DNA of 64,000 nucleotides, taken from assembly GCA_943356465.1 (NCBI GenBank), contig CALREX010000004.1, positions 112,448 through 176,447 on the forward strand, read 5' to 3'. The notes under the pieces are model-generated. The model searched no databases. It saw nothing but the letters and a program-made list of their open reading frames with translations, and had not been told where the DNA came from. Positions 38,144-46,548 of the stretch are shown here, in pieces. The stretch's first letter is position 1, and each line of letters begins with the position of its first letter. Both the position numbers and the translations under genes were made by a program. The DNA is from Candidatus Peribacteria bacterium (lineage in GTDB: Bacteria; Patescibacteriota; Gracilibacteria; UBA1369; LOWO2-01-FULL-3).

Positions 38144-39346
38144 TTATTTTTTATCTTTTAGGTTTAATGAAAGTTTCAAACTTGCAGTATATCCATCATC
38201 AAGTGATCCGGATTTAGAGAAAGAACGCATCTCCGCATTACTGAAAAGAGTCGAATTATTTAAAGAATCTATCAAGTCAGTAATAAGTGTGAAATTTGTG
38301 GTATCAAATATTTTTGTTTCTCCATTGATGGAAAGTTTTTTCGATTCACTGTCGAAATCGTAGCTTGTATATCTGATGCCTCCAAGTTGGTTGTAGACAT
38401 CTTGATTATAGCTTGTGTCTACAGCCATTGTGCGCAAATTGATTTCATTTATTATGTCAGACCATCTTATTCTTTTATTTTTAATTTGTTGAATAACATT
38501 TAAATCATTGACGACAATTGAATTCACTTTATTCACAAGTTTGTATAAATCTTCATCTTTAAGGGAATCAAAATCAGTGGATTGAATAAGATTTTTCAAT
38601 TCAGAGTTTGAAATAAGTGCAACAATTTGTATGTAATTTTTGTAATCTCTCTTTGCCTGCATGTCAGTTGAATCTTTTAATTCTGCGGCTTTTGTATTCA
38701 ATTTATCAATAAGTTTTTGCTGAAAAAGAGTCATAGTATCTTGAGTAGATGCATCTGTCGTATAGAGCGGAGCATCAAATTCTTTTGAAAAAATATCTTT
38801 TGCAGCGATAAAACTTTTCTTCAGTTCAGGCTTTGCGCTGGCTATTTTTTCTCCTGCTGAAGATTTTTCTGCCTGAGTTGAAGTCTTGGTATTAAAAATT
38901 TCATAATTTTGAGCAAATGCATCTCCGTAGTATCCAAATTCATCAAGATATCCTTTTAACAAAAGATATTTGTTGAAATTAAGTTCAGTTTTAAGTGAAA
39001 TTATATCAGTATTGTCATTTGCTAGCTGTTTTGTAAGGCTTGTGTATCCCAAAGGGGATGAAACAAGGCTAAAAACATCTGTCAAAGTTACCACAAAAAA
39101 GACGATTGCAACCAAGAAAGCTCCTACAATCCCCACAAATCCATATTTTAAAATAGTTAGCAAGCCACTTTGTTGAGGAACAACATCTTTAAGCAGGGAA
39201 AAATCTATAGTTGGAGCATCTTCAAGAAGCTTGCCTTCAGGTGCATTGGATGACGTCAGGTTCTTAAGAATATCAGAACTTCCATCTTTTTTATCACCTT
39301 TAGAGTCCAAAGGGTTTACAAGATTTGGAGTTACCGAATTTTCCAT
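38144..39346 (-). CDS. pilus-cluster bitopic membrane protein (400 aa), function unknown
   Basis: Disordered ~60-aa N-terminus, one TM (YGFVGIVGAFLVAIVFFVVTL), and a ~315-aa external region. It is the first gene of the block, with a 2-nt gap to the next gene. Confidence 0.6.
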   Translation of the reverse strand: MENSVTPNLVNPLDSKGDKKDGSSDILKNLTSSNAPEGKLLEDAPTIDFSLLKDVVPQQSGLLTILKYGFVGIVGAFLVAIVFFVVTLTDVFSLVSSPLGYTSLTKQLANDNTDIISLKTELNFNKYLLLKGYLDEFGYYGDAFAQNYEIFNTKTSTQAEKSSAGEKIASAKPELKKSFIAAKDIFSKEFDAPLYTTDASTQDTMTLFQQKLIDKLNTKAAELKDSTDMQAKRDYKNYIQIVALISNSELKNLIQSTDFDSLKDEDLYKLVNKVNSIVVNDLNVIQQIKNKRIRWSDIINEINLRTMAVDTSYNQDVYNQLGGIRYTSYDFDSESKKLSINGETKIFDTTNFTLITDLIDSLNNSTLFSNAEMRSFSKSGSLDDGYTASLKLSLNLKDKK

Positions 39347-39377
39347 TTAGTTTTTGTATTTATTTTTATATCAAAAT

Positions 39378-39406
39378 ATTATACCAAATTTAAGGTAAAA
39401 CGTAAA
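39378..39406 (-). promoter_or_regulatory. candidate promoter of the pilus operon
   Basis: The minus strand reads TTTACG (39406-39401), a 17-bp spacer, then extended -10 TGgTATAAT (39386-39378). It lies ~30 nt upstream of the start at 39346. Confidence 0.35.
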
Positions 39407-39416
39407 GGGTAAAAGA

Positions 39417-39613
39417 CTATTTCGGAAATAACCACAGATTAGCAAAAAGCAGGAGGAATATTTCCTAGAACGCATTACGTTCTATTTCGGAAATAGAGGC
39501 AGATACACAAAAAAGAGGAAGGATATTTTTAGGTAACGCATTGCGTTCTATCTCGAAAATAACCACAGATTAGCAAAAAAACAGGAGGAATATTTCCTAG
39601 AACGCATTACGTT
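39417..39613. repeat. three tandem ~65-66-bp repeat units, each carrying two small hairpins
   Basis: Units are 39417-39481, 39482-39547 and 39548-39613, and the next 5 nt (ctatt) begin a fourth. Units 1 and 3 differ at only a few positions; unit 2 is diverged. Each contains AGAACGCATTACGTTCT-type and AGGAATATTTCCT-type palindromes. Confidence 0.85.
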
Positions 39614-39681
39614 CTATTCAGACTTAAGCTTGATTATTCACAAATGAAGTTTAAGTTCTAGGGAATGTTCCTCCTGTTTTT
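39577..39681 (-). terminator. long inverted repeat (27-nt arms, 51-nt loop) downstream of rplL; probable rplL terminator
   Basis: 39577-39603 (aaaaacaggaggaatatttcctagaac) pairs with 39655-39681 (gttctagggaatgttcctcctgttttt), with two transition mismatches. On the minus strand the stem is followed by a run of 7 T. Confidence 0.45.
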
Positions 39682-39697
39682 ATTGAGAATCTAGTGT

Positions 39698-40096
39698 TTA
39701 TTGTAGTTCAACCGAAGCTCCAACTTCCTCAAGTTTCTTTTTGATATCTTGAGCTTCTGCCATTTCAACGTTTTCTTTAACAGCTTTTGGAGCTGCATCA
39801 ACAAGATCCTTAGCCTCTTTAAGACCAAGACCTGTGATTTCACGAACAACTTTGATAACAGAAATTTTCTGTCCACCTGCTCCAGTAAGCATGACTGTTT
39901 TCTTAGCATCTCCAGCATCAGCATCACCGGCTGCTGCACCACCTGCTGCAGGACCTGCAACCATCATTGAAGCTGCTGCGCTAACACCGAATTTTTCTTC
40001 AAGTGCTTTTACAAGGTTTGAAAGTTCAAGAACTGGAAGTGTTTCAACCAATTCCATGATTTTTTGAGCATCCTTGCTTAGTTCTAAATCTGACAT
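39698..40096 (-). CDS. rplL: 50S ribosomal protein L7/L12
   Basis: The N-terminal dimerisation helix, Ala/Gly hinge ([15 protein letters not shown]) and C-terminal domain [19 protein letters not shown]...KKKLEEVGA are all present. Confidence 0.95.
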   Translation of the reverse strand: MSDLELSKDAQKIMELVETLPVLELSNLVKALEEKFGVSAAASMMVAGPAAGGAAAGDADAGDAKKTVMLTGAGGQKISVIKVVREITGLGLKEAKDLVDAAPKAVKENVEMAEAQDIKKKLEEVGASVELQ

Positions 40097-40132
40097 ATGT
40101 TTTATAGTTAAAATATTTGATAAATTGATTGC

Positions 40133-40636
40133 TTAAGCTGTTTGTTCTTGTTTGTCTTTAATAGCTTGAAGAACACGAACAAATCCTGAAATAGGAGCGT
40201 TGAATAGATAAACAAGTTTTGTAAGAAGTTCTTGTTTGCTTGGAAGAACAGCAAGCTGTTTAGTTTCCACGACAGACAATACTTTCCCTTCAAAAAGAGA
40301 ACCTCTAAGCTTCAAAGCTTTGTTTTTCTTGGCAAAATCATGAATAATTTTTGCCGCTCCTGCAACTTCTTCTTGTGAAGAAAAAGCAGCTCCAACAGGT
40401 CCTTCCATAACGCTATCAGGAATTTCATCGTATCCTGATTCCTTTGCTGCAAGCTTGATTAGCGTTTTCTTTGCAACATTGAAAGAAACTCCGGCTTCTC
40501 TTAGCTTTGTACGCAAATTTTTAAGATCTTTTACTGAAAGCCCTTGATAGTCAGCGAAAACCACTGCCTTTGCGGACTTGAATTGATTCTGAAGATCAGA
40601 CAGAACCTGCCCTTTTTCACCTTTTGTTTGTGACAT
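40133..40636 (-). CDS. rplJ: 50S ribosomal protein L10
   Basis: AVVFADYQGLSVKDLKNLRTKLREAG is the typical L10 N-terminal domain. The gene sits immediately upstream of rplL. Confidence 0.95.
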   Translation of the reverse strand: MSQTKGEKGQVLSDLQNQFKSAKAVVFADYQGLSVKDLKNLRTKLREAGVSFNVAKKTLIKLAAKESGYDEIPDSVMEGPVGAAFSSQEEVAGAAKIIHDFAKKNKALKLRGSLFEGKVLSVVETKQLAVLPSKQELLTKLVYLFNAPISGFVRVLQAIKDKQEQTA

Positions 40637-40790
40637 AGTTTTTTAAGATTAAAAAAAATCTCGATTGTCATTAGACTATCGAGAACAAAGAAGTTTAACT
40701 ATCGACTTAAATCTCATTTGTCTCGGCAGGTCTTAATTTGTGCGCCCGCTGTCTATGACTGGAGAAATCTACCATAAAAAGTATAAAAGT
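40637..40790 (-). promoter_or_regulatory. possible structured 5' leader of rplJ (L10-type autoregulatory leader candidate)
   Basis: Untranslated stretch upstream of rplJ containing a 7-bp hairpin TCTCGAT/ATCGAGA (40659-40684) and GC-richer segments (gcgcccgctgtc) unusual for this AT-rich DNA. No covariance check was possible. Confidence 0.25.
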
Positions 40791-40912
40791 CTAACGATTA
40801 AAATTGACAAAAGGGTGAAGATATTTTAAAACAGTAAATCGTGAGGCTGATGTTTTGCCAAGGGCAAATCTTTGGTCTATATTACTTATGCTTAAAAATT
40901 ACTAAAAAAGGA

Positions 40913-41824
40913 ATGTACATCCTTGAAGAAGTAAAAAATTTTGTAAAATCTCACAAAAAACCTCTCATTGTTGTTCTTGGGCCGACTGCTTCCGGGAAAA
41001 CGGATTTATCTTTACATATAGCCCATGCCATAAATGGCGAGATTATTTCAACGGATTCAAGGCAGTTATATAAAGGTTTGGAAATTGGTTCAGATATAAT
41101 TCCGGAAGAGAAACGTGAAGGAGTGCCACACCATATGCTTGGCATATCAGAGCCAAAAAACACGATAACTCTAGCGGAATATCAGGATATGGCGAATGCC
41201 GAAATAAAAAAAATTTTTAAAAGAAAAAACGTGCCTATGCTGGTTGGAGGAACTGGGCTTTATATAAGTGCAATAACAGAGGGATATAAACTCCCTCGAA
41301 TGCAACCTGACGCGAAACTTCGTGAACGTCTTAAAAAACAGGCAGAAAAACATGGAAATAAATATCTCTATAAAAAGTTACAAAAGCTTGATCCTGTAGC
41401 GGCAAAAAAAATTCATCAGAACAATATTATTTACGTCATAAGAGCCATAGAAATAAACATGGTAAAGAAAGAAAATAAAAAAGACAAAAAAATTGATCCA
41501 AAATATGATGTTTTTATGATAGGAATAGATTGGCCAAGAGAAAAATTATACGAAAGGATCGGTTTACGTGTAGATAATCAGCTGAAAAGGGGGCTTATAA
41601 ATGAGGTAAAGGATTTATTGAAAAAGGGGTATAATGATACCCTACCAGCTATATCATCTCTTGGTGCAAAGGAGATTATCCCTTACATAAAAGGAAAATC
41701 ATCTCTGGAGGAATGTACTGAATTACTCAAAAAAAACACAAGAAACTACGCAAAACGACAAATGACATGGTTTAGAAGGTATAAAAATATAAAATGGCTC
41801 AAGCCTGAGGACATAATTAAATAA
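40913..41824 (+). CDS. miaA: tRNA dimethylallyltransferase
   Basis: P-loop VVLGPTASGKT, SRQLYKGLEIGSD, HHMLG, and C-terminal YAKRQMTWFR. ATG 40913 is preferred over GTG 40841 because the extra 24 residues are hydrophobic and not MiaA-like. Confidence 0.9.
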   Translation: MYILEEVKNFVKSHKKPLIVVLGPTASGKTDLSLHIAHAINGEIISTDSRQLYKGLEIGSDIIPEEKREGVPHHMLGISEPKNTITLAEYQDMANAEIKKIFKRKNVPMLVGGTGLYISAITEGYKLPRMQPDAKLRERLKKQAEKHGNKYLYKKLQKLDPVAAKKIHQNNIIYVIRAIEINMVKKENKKDKKIDPKYDVFMIGIDWPREKLYERIGLRVDNQLKRGLINEVKDLLKKGYNDTLPAISSLGAKEIIPYIKGKSSLEECTELLKKNTRNYAKRQMTWFRRYKNIKWLKPEDIIK

Positions 41825-41831
41825 ACAAAAT

Positions 41832-42218
41832 ATGACAAAAAGAACAATAAAAGATTTGCAAATTCTAACTCGGAAATTGAGATCTGATAAAGGTTGTCCT
41901 TGGGACAAAAAACAAACTATAGAAAGTATGCTGAAATGTTTTTTAGACGAAACACAGGAGGTAAAAGATGCAGTTCGAAAAAAAGATTATAAAAATTTGA
42001 AAGAAGAACTTGGTGATGTGCTTTTTCAAATTTTAATGATTGCACAAATAGCAGAAGAGGAAGGACTTTTTGACATGGATGGTGTTGTAGAGGATATATA
42101 CAAAAAAATTGTATCCAGACATACATGGGTTTTTGGTAAAGACAAGGTAAATACTCCGGAGGAAGCTATTGCACAATGGCAAGAAAACAAAAGGAAAGAA
42201 AAAGATAATCTTAAATAA
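41832..42218 (+). CDS. mazG: MazG-family nucleoside triphosphate pyrophosphohydrolase
   Basis: GCPWDKKQT, the EExxE motif (LDETQEVKDA) and ELGDVLFQI are typical of the MazG fold. 128 aa. Confidence 0.8.
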   Translation: MTKRTIKDLQILTRKLRSDKGCPWDKKQTIESMLKCFLDETQEVKDAVRKKDYKNLKEELGDVLFQILMIAQIAEEEGLFDMDGVVEDIYKKIVSRHTWVFGKDKVNTPEEAIAQWQENKRKEKDNLK

Positions 42219-43880
42219 ATGTCAGTATTCGGCAAAAAATGGATCATAAAAAACTCAAACACTTCTATCAGTACGTTTCAAAAAATACTGGAAAATAGAG
42301 GAATTGTTGATGAAGACGAGAGATTGGAATGGAATGATCCATTTTTATTTTCTGATATGGAAAAAGCGGTAAAAAGAATATTTGATGCGATTGAAAAAAA
42401 AGAAAAAATAATAGTTTTTGGAGATTATGATGTTGATGGAATTACCGGCAGTTTGATTTTGTATAGCACGCTAAAAAAGATGAATGCAGTTGTGTCTTAC
42501 AGGCTTCCAAACAGGCTAAAAGACGGGTATGGGCTTTCAGAAAAATTTGTAGATGAATTTGTAAAGAAAGATATAAATCTGATTATTACAGTGGATTGTG
42601 GCATCTCATGTCGTTTGCAGATTGCAAAGGCAAAAGAAAATAATATAGATGTGATAATTACAGATCATCATACAATACCAAAAGAGGCTCCTGATGCAAT
42701 CGCAATAATCCATCCAAAATATGATGCATCATATCCTTTTAAAGATTTAACAGGATCAGGCGTAGCACTAAAAATGGCTCACGCACTTCTTTTGCGAACA
42801 GACAGTAAAGAATCAATAGAAGAAAAATTGAAAAATTTAGTCGATTTAGCAGCTTTAGGAACAGTAGCAGATTTGGGGCCGATTCGTGGAGAAAATAAAC
42901 TTATAGTAAAAGAAGGCCTAAAATCTCTCACAAATACTGCGTGGCCGGGACTCAAAAAAATATTAAAGCTTTCTGAGACGAAAGAAGATGATGAAATAGA
43001 TGGCAGCACAATAGGTTTCAAAATAGCACCACGTATAAATGCCGCAGGAAGAATAGGTGATCCATATACAGCTATGTCACTTCTTCTTCAGGAAGATGAC
43101 GGTGAAAAAGTGGAAAAATTTGGGAATGAACTCGAAAGTCTGAATATAAAAAGACAAGAAATGACAAAGATAGCGATGGAAGAGGCGGAACAAATATTTT
43201 CAAAGAATGGACTTGAGAACAAGATATTGCTTGCAGAAAGCCAAAATTGGCATGTCGGAATCCTTGGGCTTGTTGCGGGTAGATTAGTTGAAAAATACGC
43301 GAGACCTGTGATTTTAATGCAAGATTTTGGAGATACACTTGTAGGATCGGCAAGAAGTCCGGAATATTTCAATATAGTTGAAGCTCTTACACTTTTTGGC
43401 GATATTCTGCCCTCTTTTGGTGGGCATGCACAGGCAGCTGGATTCAACGTAAAGAAAGAAAATCTGGAAGAATTCAAGACAAAGTTAATATCATATGCAA
43501 ACAAAAAACTTGAAGGTAATGAGCTAAAACCATCTTTAGTAATAGATTGCCCTCTAAATCCAGACGAAATAAGTTTTGAATTTATAGAAAAGATGAATAA
43601 ATTAAAACCCTTCGGAATTGAAAATTTGAGGCCTATATTTATCATGGAGGGACTTGAACCATATTTTATAGATCAAGTTGGAAAAGGAAAAGATCATTTG
43701 AAATTTATGGTGAAAGCAAAAGAAAAAGAAGTGAACGTAATAGGCTTCAAAATGGGGGAATTCATGTCCGCCATGAGACAGCACAAAAAAATAGATTTGG
43801 TCTTTACGATCGAAAAAAATGTTTGGAACGATAAAGAAAAAATTCAATTCAAAGCACTAGACTTCAGAGAAAATAAATAG
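42219..43880 (+). CDS. recJ: single-stranded-DNA-specific exonuclease RecJ
   Basis: DHH family motifs: GDYDVDGITG, TVDCG, ITDHH, a DHHA1 region with GGHAQAAGF, and a C-terminal OB-like domain. The ATG abuts the mazG stop. Confidence 0.9.
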   Translation: MSVFGKKWIIKNSNTSISTFQKILENRGIVDEDERLEWNDPFLFSDMEKAVKRIFDAIEKKEKIIVFGDYDVDGITGSLILYSTLKKMNAVVSYRLPNRLKDGYGLSEKFVDEFVKKDINLIITVDCGISCRLQIAKAKENNIDVIITDHHTIPKEAPDAIAIIHPKYDASYPFKDLTGSGVALKMAHALLLRTDSKESIEEKLKNLVDLAALGTVADLGPIRGENKLIVKEGLKSLTNTAWPGLKKILKLSETKEDDEIDGSTIGFKIAPRINAAGRIGDPYTAMSLLLQEDDGEKVEKFGNELESLNIKRQEMTKIAMEEAEQIFSKNGLENKILLAESQNWHVGILGLVAGRLVEKYARPVILMQDFGDTLVGSARSPEYFNIVEALTLFGDILPSFGGHAQAAGFNVKKENLEEFKTKLISYANKKLEGNELKPSLVIDCPLNPDEISFEFIEKMNKLKPFGIENLRPIFIMEGLEPYFIDQVGKGKDHLKFMVKAKEKEVNVIGFKMGEFMSAMRQHKKIDLVFTIEKNVWNDKEKIQFKALDFRENK

Positions 43881-43896
43881 CTGGAAATTTTACTAC

Positions 43897-43922
43897 GGGT
43901 CATTTATACTTAGACCCTTTTT
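43897..43922 (+). terminator. intrinsic terminator after recJ
   Basis: GGGTC-(11 nt)-GACCC followed by TTTTT. Confidence 0.55.
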
Positions 43923-43942
43923 AATGTTCCACAATGAAGGTA

Positions 43943-43971
43943 TTGACATACGCAGAAAAATGTTTTAGAAT
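43943..43971 (+). promoter_or_regulatory. near-consensus sigma70-type promoter for the nrnA-like gene
   Basis: TTGACA (43943-43948), a 17-bp spacer, then TAGAAT (43966-43971). It lies 25 nt upstream of the ATG at 43996. Confidence 0.5.
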
Positions 43972-43995
43972 GTATAGATTACGATTAAATAAAAA

Positions 43996-45399
43996 ATGAC
44001 GATAAATACACAAAAACAAGTAGTAGAGCTGATAAAAAGAAGCAAAAAAATTCTAATATTGCCTTCAGCTCCTGTTGACGGCGATTCATTAGGAAGCGCT
44101 ATATCATTATATATTGCACTAAAAAAATTACAAAAAGAAGTTACCGTGATATGTAGCGAACATATTCCGGAAGTTTTGCAATTTTTGCCAAATACAAAAA
44201 TTATAAGTAACAAAATGATTTCTTCAGGTGATTTTATAATAACTGTTGATTGCAAAAATATAAAAATAGAAAATATAAAAAGCGAAAATGAGAATGGAAA
44301 AATAAATATTATTGTAACTCCAAAAGACGGAAGATTATCCGAAGAAAATATTTCTTTTTCTTCCGGTGGAATAGATTACGATTTAATAATTACTGTAGAT
44401 ACAGCAGAACTCACACAACTAAGAGATGTATATGAAAAAAATATAGAAATTTTCCATCAGGTCCCTGTCATAAATATTGATCATCATGTTTCAAACTCTC
44501 ATTTTGGAAAATTAAATTTCGTAGATATCATGGCATCTTCAACGACTGAAATGCTACTTCCAATACTTGAGGAACTTTCAGCAGAAGAGAAAATAAATCT
44601 TATAGATGAAGATATAGCTACACTTCTTTTGGCTGGAATAATCACAGATACAGGAAGCTTCCAGAATGCGAATACTACTCCGAAAGCATTTGCACGCGCA
44701 GCACAACTAATATCGTATGGAGCGCGTCAGCAAGAGATAATTCAGCATGTATACAAGACAAAACAACTGAGCCAGCTTAAACTTTGGGGTAGAGTACTTT
44801 CGAAAATACAAATAGATGAAAAACACAGAATAGTTTGGTCTGTGGTTAGTAGACAGGATTTTAAAGATACGGAAAGTTTTGATGATCAAACAGGTGATAT
44901 TATAGATGAATTAATGACAAATGCACCTGGTGCAGAAGTAATATTACTTCTGAAAGAAAAAGAAGATGGCACGGTTTCGGCCAGTGTAAGGACAACAAAT
45001 CCATCTGTAGATGCGGCAAAAATTGCAGAGGCGTTTGGCGGTGGCGGGCATACTCAAGCAGCAGGATTTAGAATTTCAAATATGAATTTAATGGATGCAG
45101 AATACAAAATAATAAATTTTGTGAAAACATTCCAAGAAGACAGATTGGGCGTGATTTCTGAAAGAGAAGAATCAAAAATAATAGATGTTGAAGGACTTAT
45201 AAATCAGGCCAAAGAAGCTGAAAAAGCACAGGAGATAATCAAGACCGCAGTACTTCCAAAAGCTTCATCGGAACAAGAAAAAGAGTCAAAGAAAAAAATA
45301 AAATCCAATGAAAATGAACAATCTTCAAAAAAAGAATTCAATCCAAAAGCACCAAAAGAAAAACCTACTTCCGGTGTAGCATACCGCTTTGAGGATTAA
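43996..45399 (+). CDS. nrnA: DHH/DHHA1 phosphoesterase (NrnA-like oligoribonuclease/pAp phosphatase) with ~100-aa K/E-rich C-terminal tail
   Basis: DGDSLGSA, NIDHHVSN, DTGSF and GGGGHTQAAGF motifs. The tail is rich in K/E/S (EKESKKKIKSNENEQSSKK). Confidence 0.75.
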   Translation: MTINTQKQVVELIKRSKKILILPSAPVDGDSLGSAISLYIALKKLQKEVTVICSEHIPEVLQFLPNTKIISNKMISSGDFIITVDCKNIKIENIKSENENGKINIIVTPKDGRLSEENISFSSGGIDYDLIITVDTAELTQLRDVYEKNIEIFHQVPVINIDHHVSNSHFGKLNFVDIMASSTTEMLLPILEELSAEEKINLIDEDIATLLLAGIITDTGSFQNANTTPKAFARAAQLISYGARQQEIIQHVYKTKQLSQLKLWGRVLSKIQIDEKHRIVWSVVSRQDFKDTESFDDQTGDIIDELMTNAPGAEVILLLKEKEDGTVSASVRTTNPSVDAAKIAEAFGGGGHTQAAGFRISNMNLMDAEYKIINFVKTFQEDRLGVISEREESKIIDVEGLINQAKEAEKAQEIIKTAVLPKASSEQEKESKKKIKSNENEQSSKKEFNPKAPKEKPTSGVAYRFED

Positions 45400-46291
45400 A
45401 AATAAATTGCAGGGGAATGAGTCCGATAGCCCAAATCACTTCATATAAAACGCATAGCAGTGTTGTTGTTTTATTGAAGTATTGGCCGGATAGAACTATG
45501 GAAAAGCCTACGTTGAAATACGCAAAAATAATAATATTTGTAACAATAAAGCTTTTTTGCTTTTTCCATATGGAAAGAATAATGGCAATAACATGTAAAA
45601 TAAAAGAAAATGCCAAAACGAAAATAAACAAAGAATAAGATCTGGCAAGATTCGAAAGAATCAAATTAGCAAAAGGAGCAATAACGCAGATATTAAATAA
45701 AAATAGATGTATAGAGATTATAGGGGCTGATTTTTCTATAACAAAATCAGCAAATTTTGGTAGAAATTTTCTTGATAGAAATGCTAGCAAAAAAGGCAAA
45801 AACACTATTATTCCCAAGAAAATCATCATATGTAAAACATCCAATTGCACATTAACACCGATAGAATATAAAAGGACAAGCGGCAATGTAATCGGAGTAA
45901 TAAGATTTGTTATAACCGAGATAATCATACCAAGTTTTATATTTCCATTTAGAACAAGCAAAAGTCCTGGAGTAGCCATTGCTGAAGGTGTAGCGGCAAG
46001 AAGCATTACGGCGGTTCTGTAATCTTCCGGAATATATCTAAGAAAAACAAAAGCAATCAACGGAATCCCTATCATTTTCATCAGACTGATAAATATGATA
46101 TATGAAGGTTTTTTCAAACTTACAATAATTTCCGACGGTTTTATTTTTAATGCTGAAATATATAAAAGAATTACAAGTCCCAGAGTTATGTACCATCTCA
46201 TTAGCATTGGAATCAAATCTCCATCAACGAAACGACCGACAAAAAGTCCGACAAAAAGTCCGGAGGAAACTACGACTCCAAAATACTTCAT
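45365..46291 (-). CDS. bile acid:sodium symporter (BASS/SBF)-family membrane transporter
   Basis: ~9-10 TM segments. MKMIGIPLIAFVF and LLAATPSAMATPGLLL resemble SBF-family signature regions. The 3' end overlaps the convergent nrnA-like gene by 35 nt. Confidence 0.55.
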   Translation of the reverse strand: MKYFGVVVSSGLFVGLFVGRFVDGDLIPMLMRWYITLGLVILLYISALKIKPSEIIVSLKKPSYIIFISLMKMIGIPLIAFVFLRYIPEDYRTAVMLLAATPSAMATPGLLLVLNGNIKLGMIISVITNLITPITLPLVLLYSIGVNVQLDVLHMMIFLGIIVFLPFLLAFLSRKFLPKFADFVIEKSAPIISIHLFLFNICVIAPFANLILSNLARSYSLFIFVLAFSFILHVIAIILSIWKKQKSFIVTNIIIFAYFNVGFSIVLSGQYFNKTTTLLCVLYEVIWAIGLIPLQFIFNPQSGMLHRK

Positions 46292-46524
46292 TTGATGGGA
46301 GGTTTAGTTGTAGGGGGTTCAACATTTGGAGCATGATCTGGAAGAATATTGCCATTTGGATTTACAGAAACAGTATTATTATCTGAAACAGTAATATCAA
46401 CACTGGAATATTCCCCTGCATTTTTAACAAGAGAATAAATAAAACTTCCTACAGCAATAGCAATAGCAATCAATGCAGCTGTAATTCCAACTAAATAACC
46501 TTTTGAATAAACTTGTTTTGCCAT
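46288..46524 (-). CDS. small bitopic membrane protein (78 aa)
   Basis: One TM (LVGITAALIAIAIAVGSFIY) and a Pro-rich end. It shares an ATGA start/stop overlap with the transporter gene and lies downstream of the SLH gene. Confidence 0.45.
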   Translation of the reverse strand: MAKQVYSKGYLVGITAALIAIAIAVGSFIYSLVKNAGEYSSVDITVSDNNTVSVNPNGNILPDHAPNVEPPTTKPPIK

Positions 46525-46548
46525 TTTTTTAATTTAAAAATTTACAAA

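Noticed and set aside
39417-39613. CRISPR-like reading of the tandem repeats (a ~32-bp repeat with ~33-bp spacers)
   Set aside because: The would-be spacers are themselves homologous: spacers 1 and 3 are nearly identical and spacer 2 is a diverged copy. There are only three units and no cas genes nearby. This is a tandem repeat, not a CRISPR array.
43088-43645. 185-aa minus-strand ORF inside recJ
   Set aside because: It is antisense to a confidently assigned DHH exonuclease gene and has no motifs.
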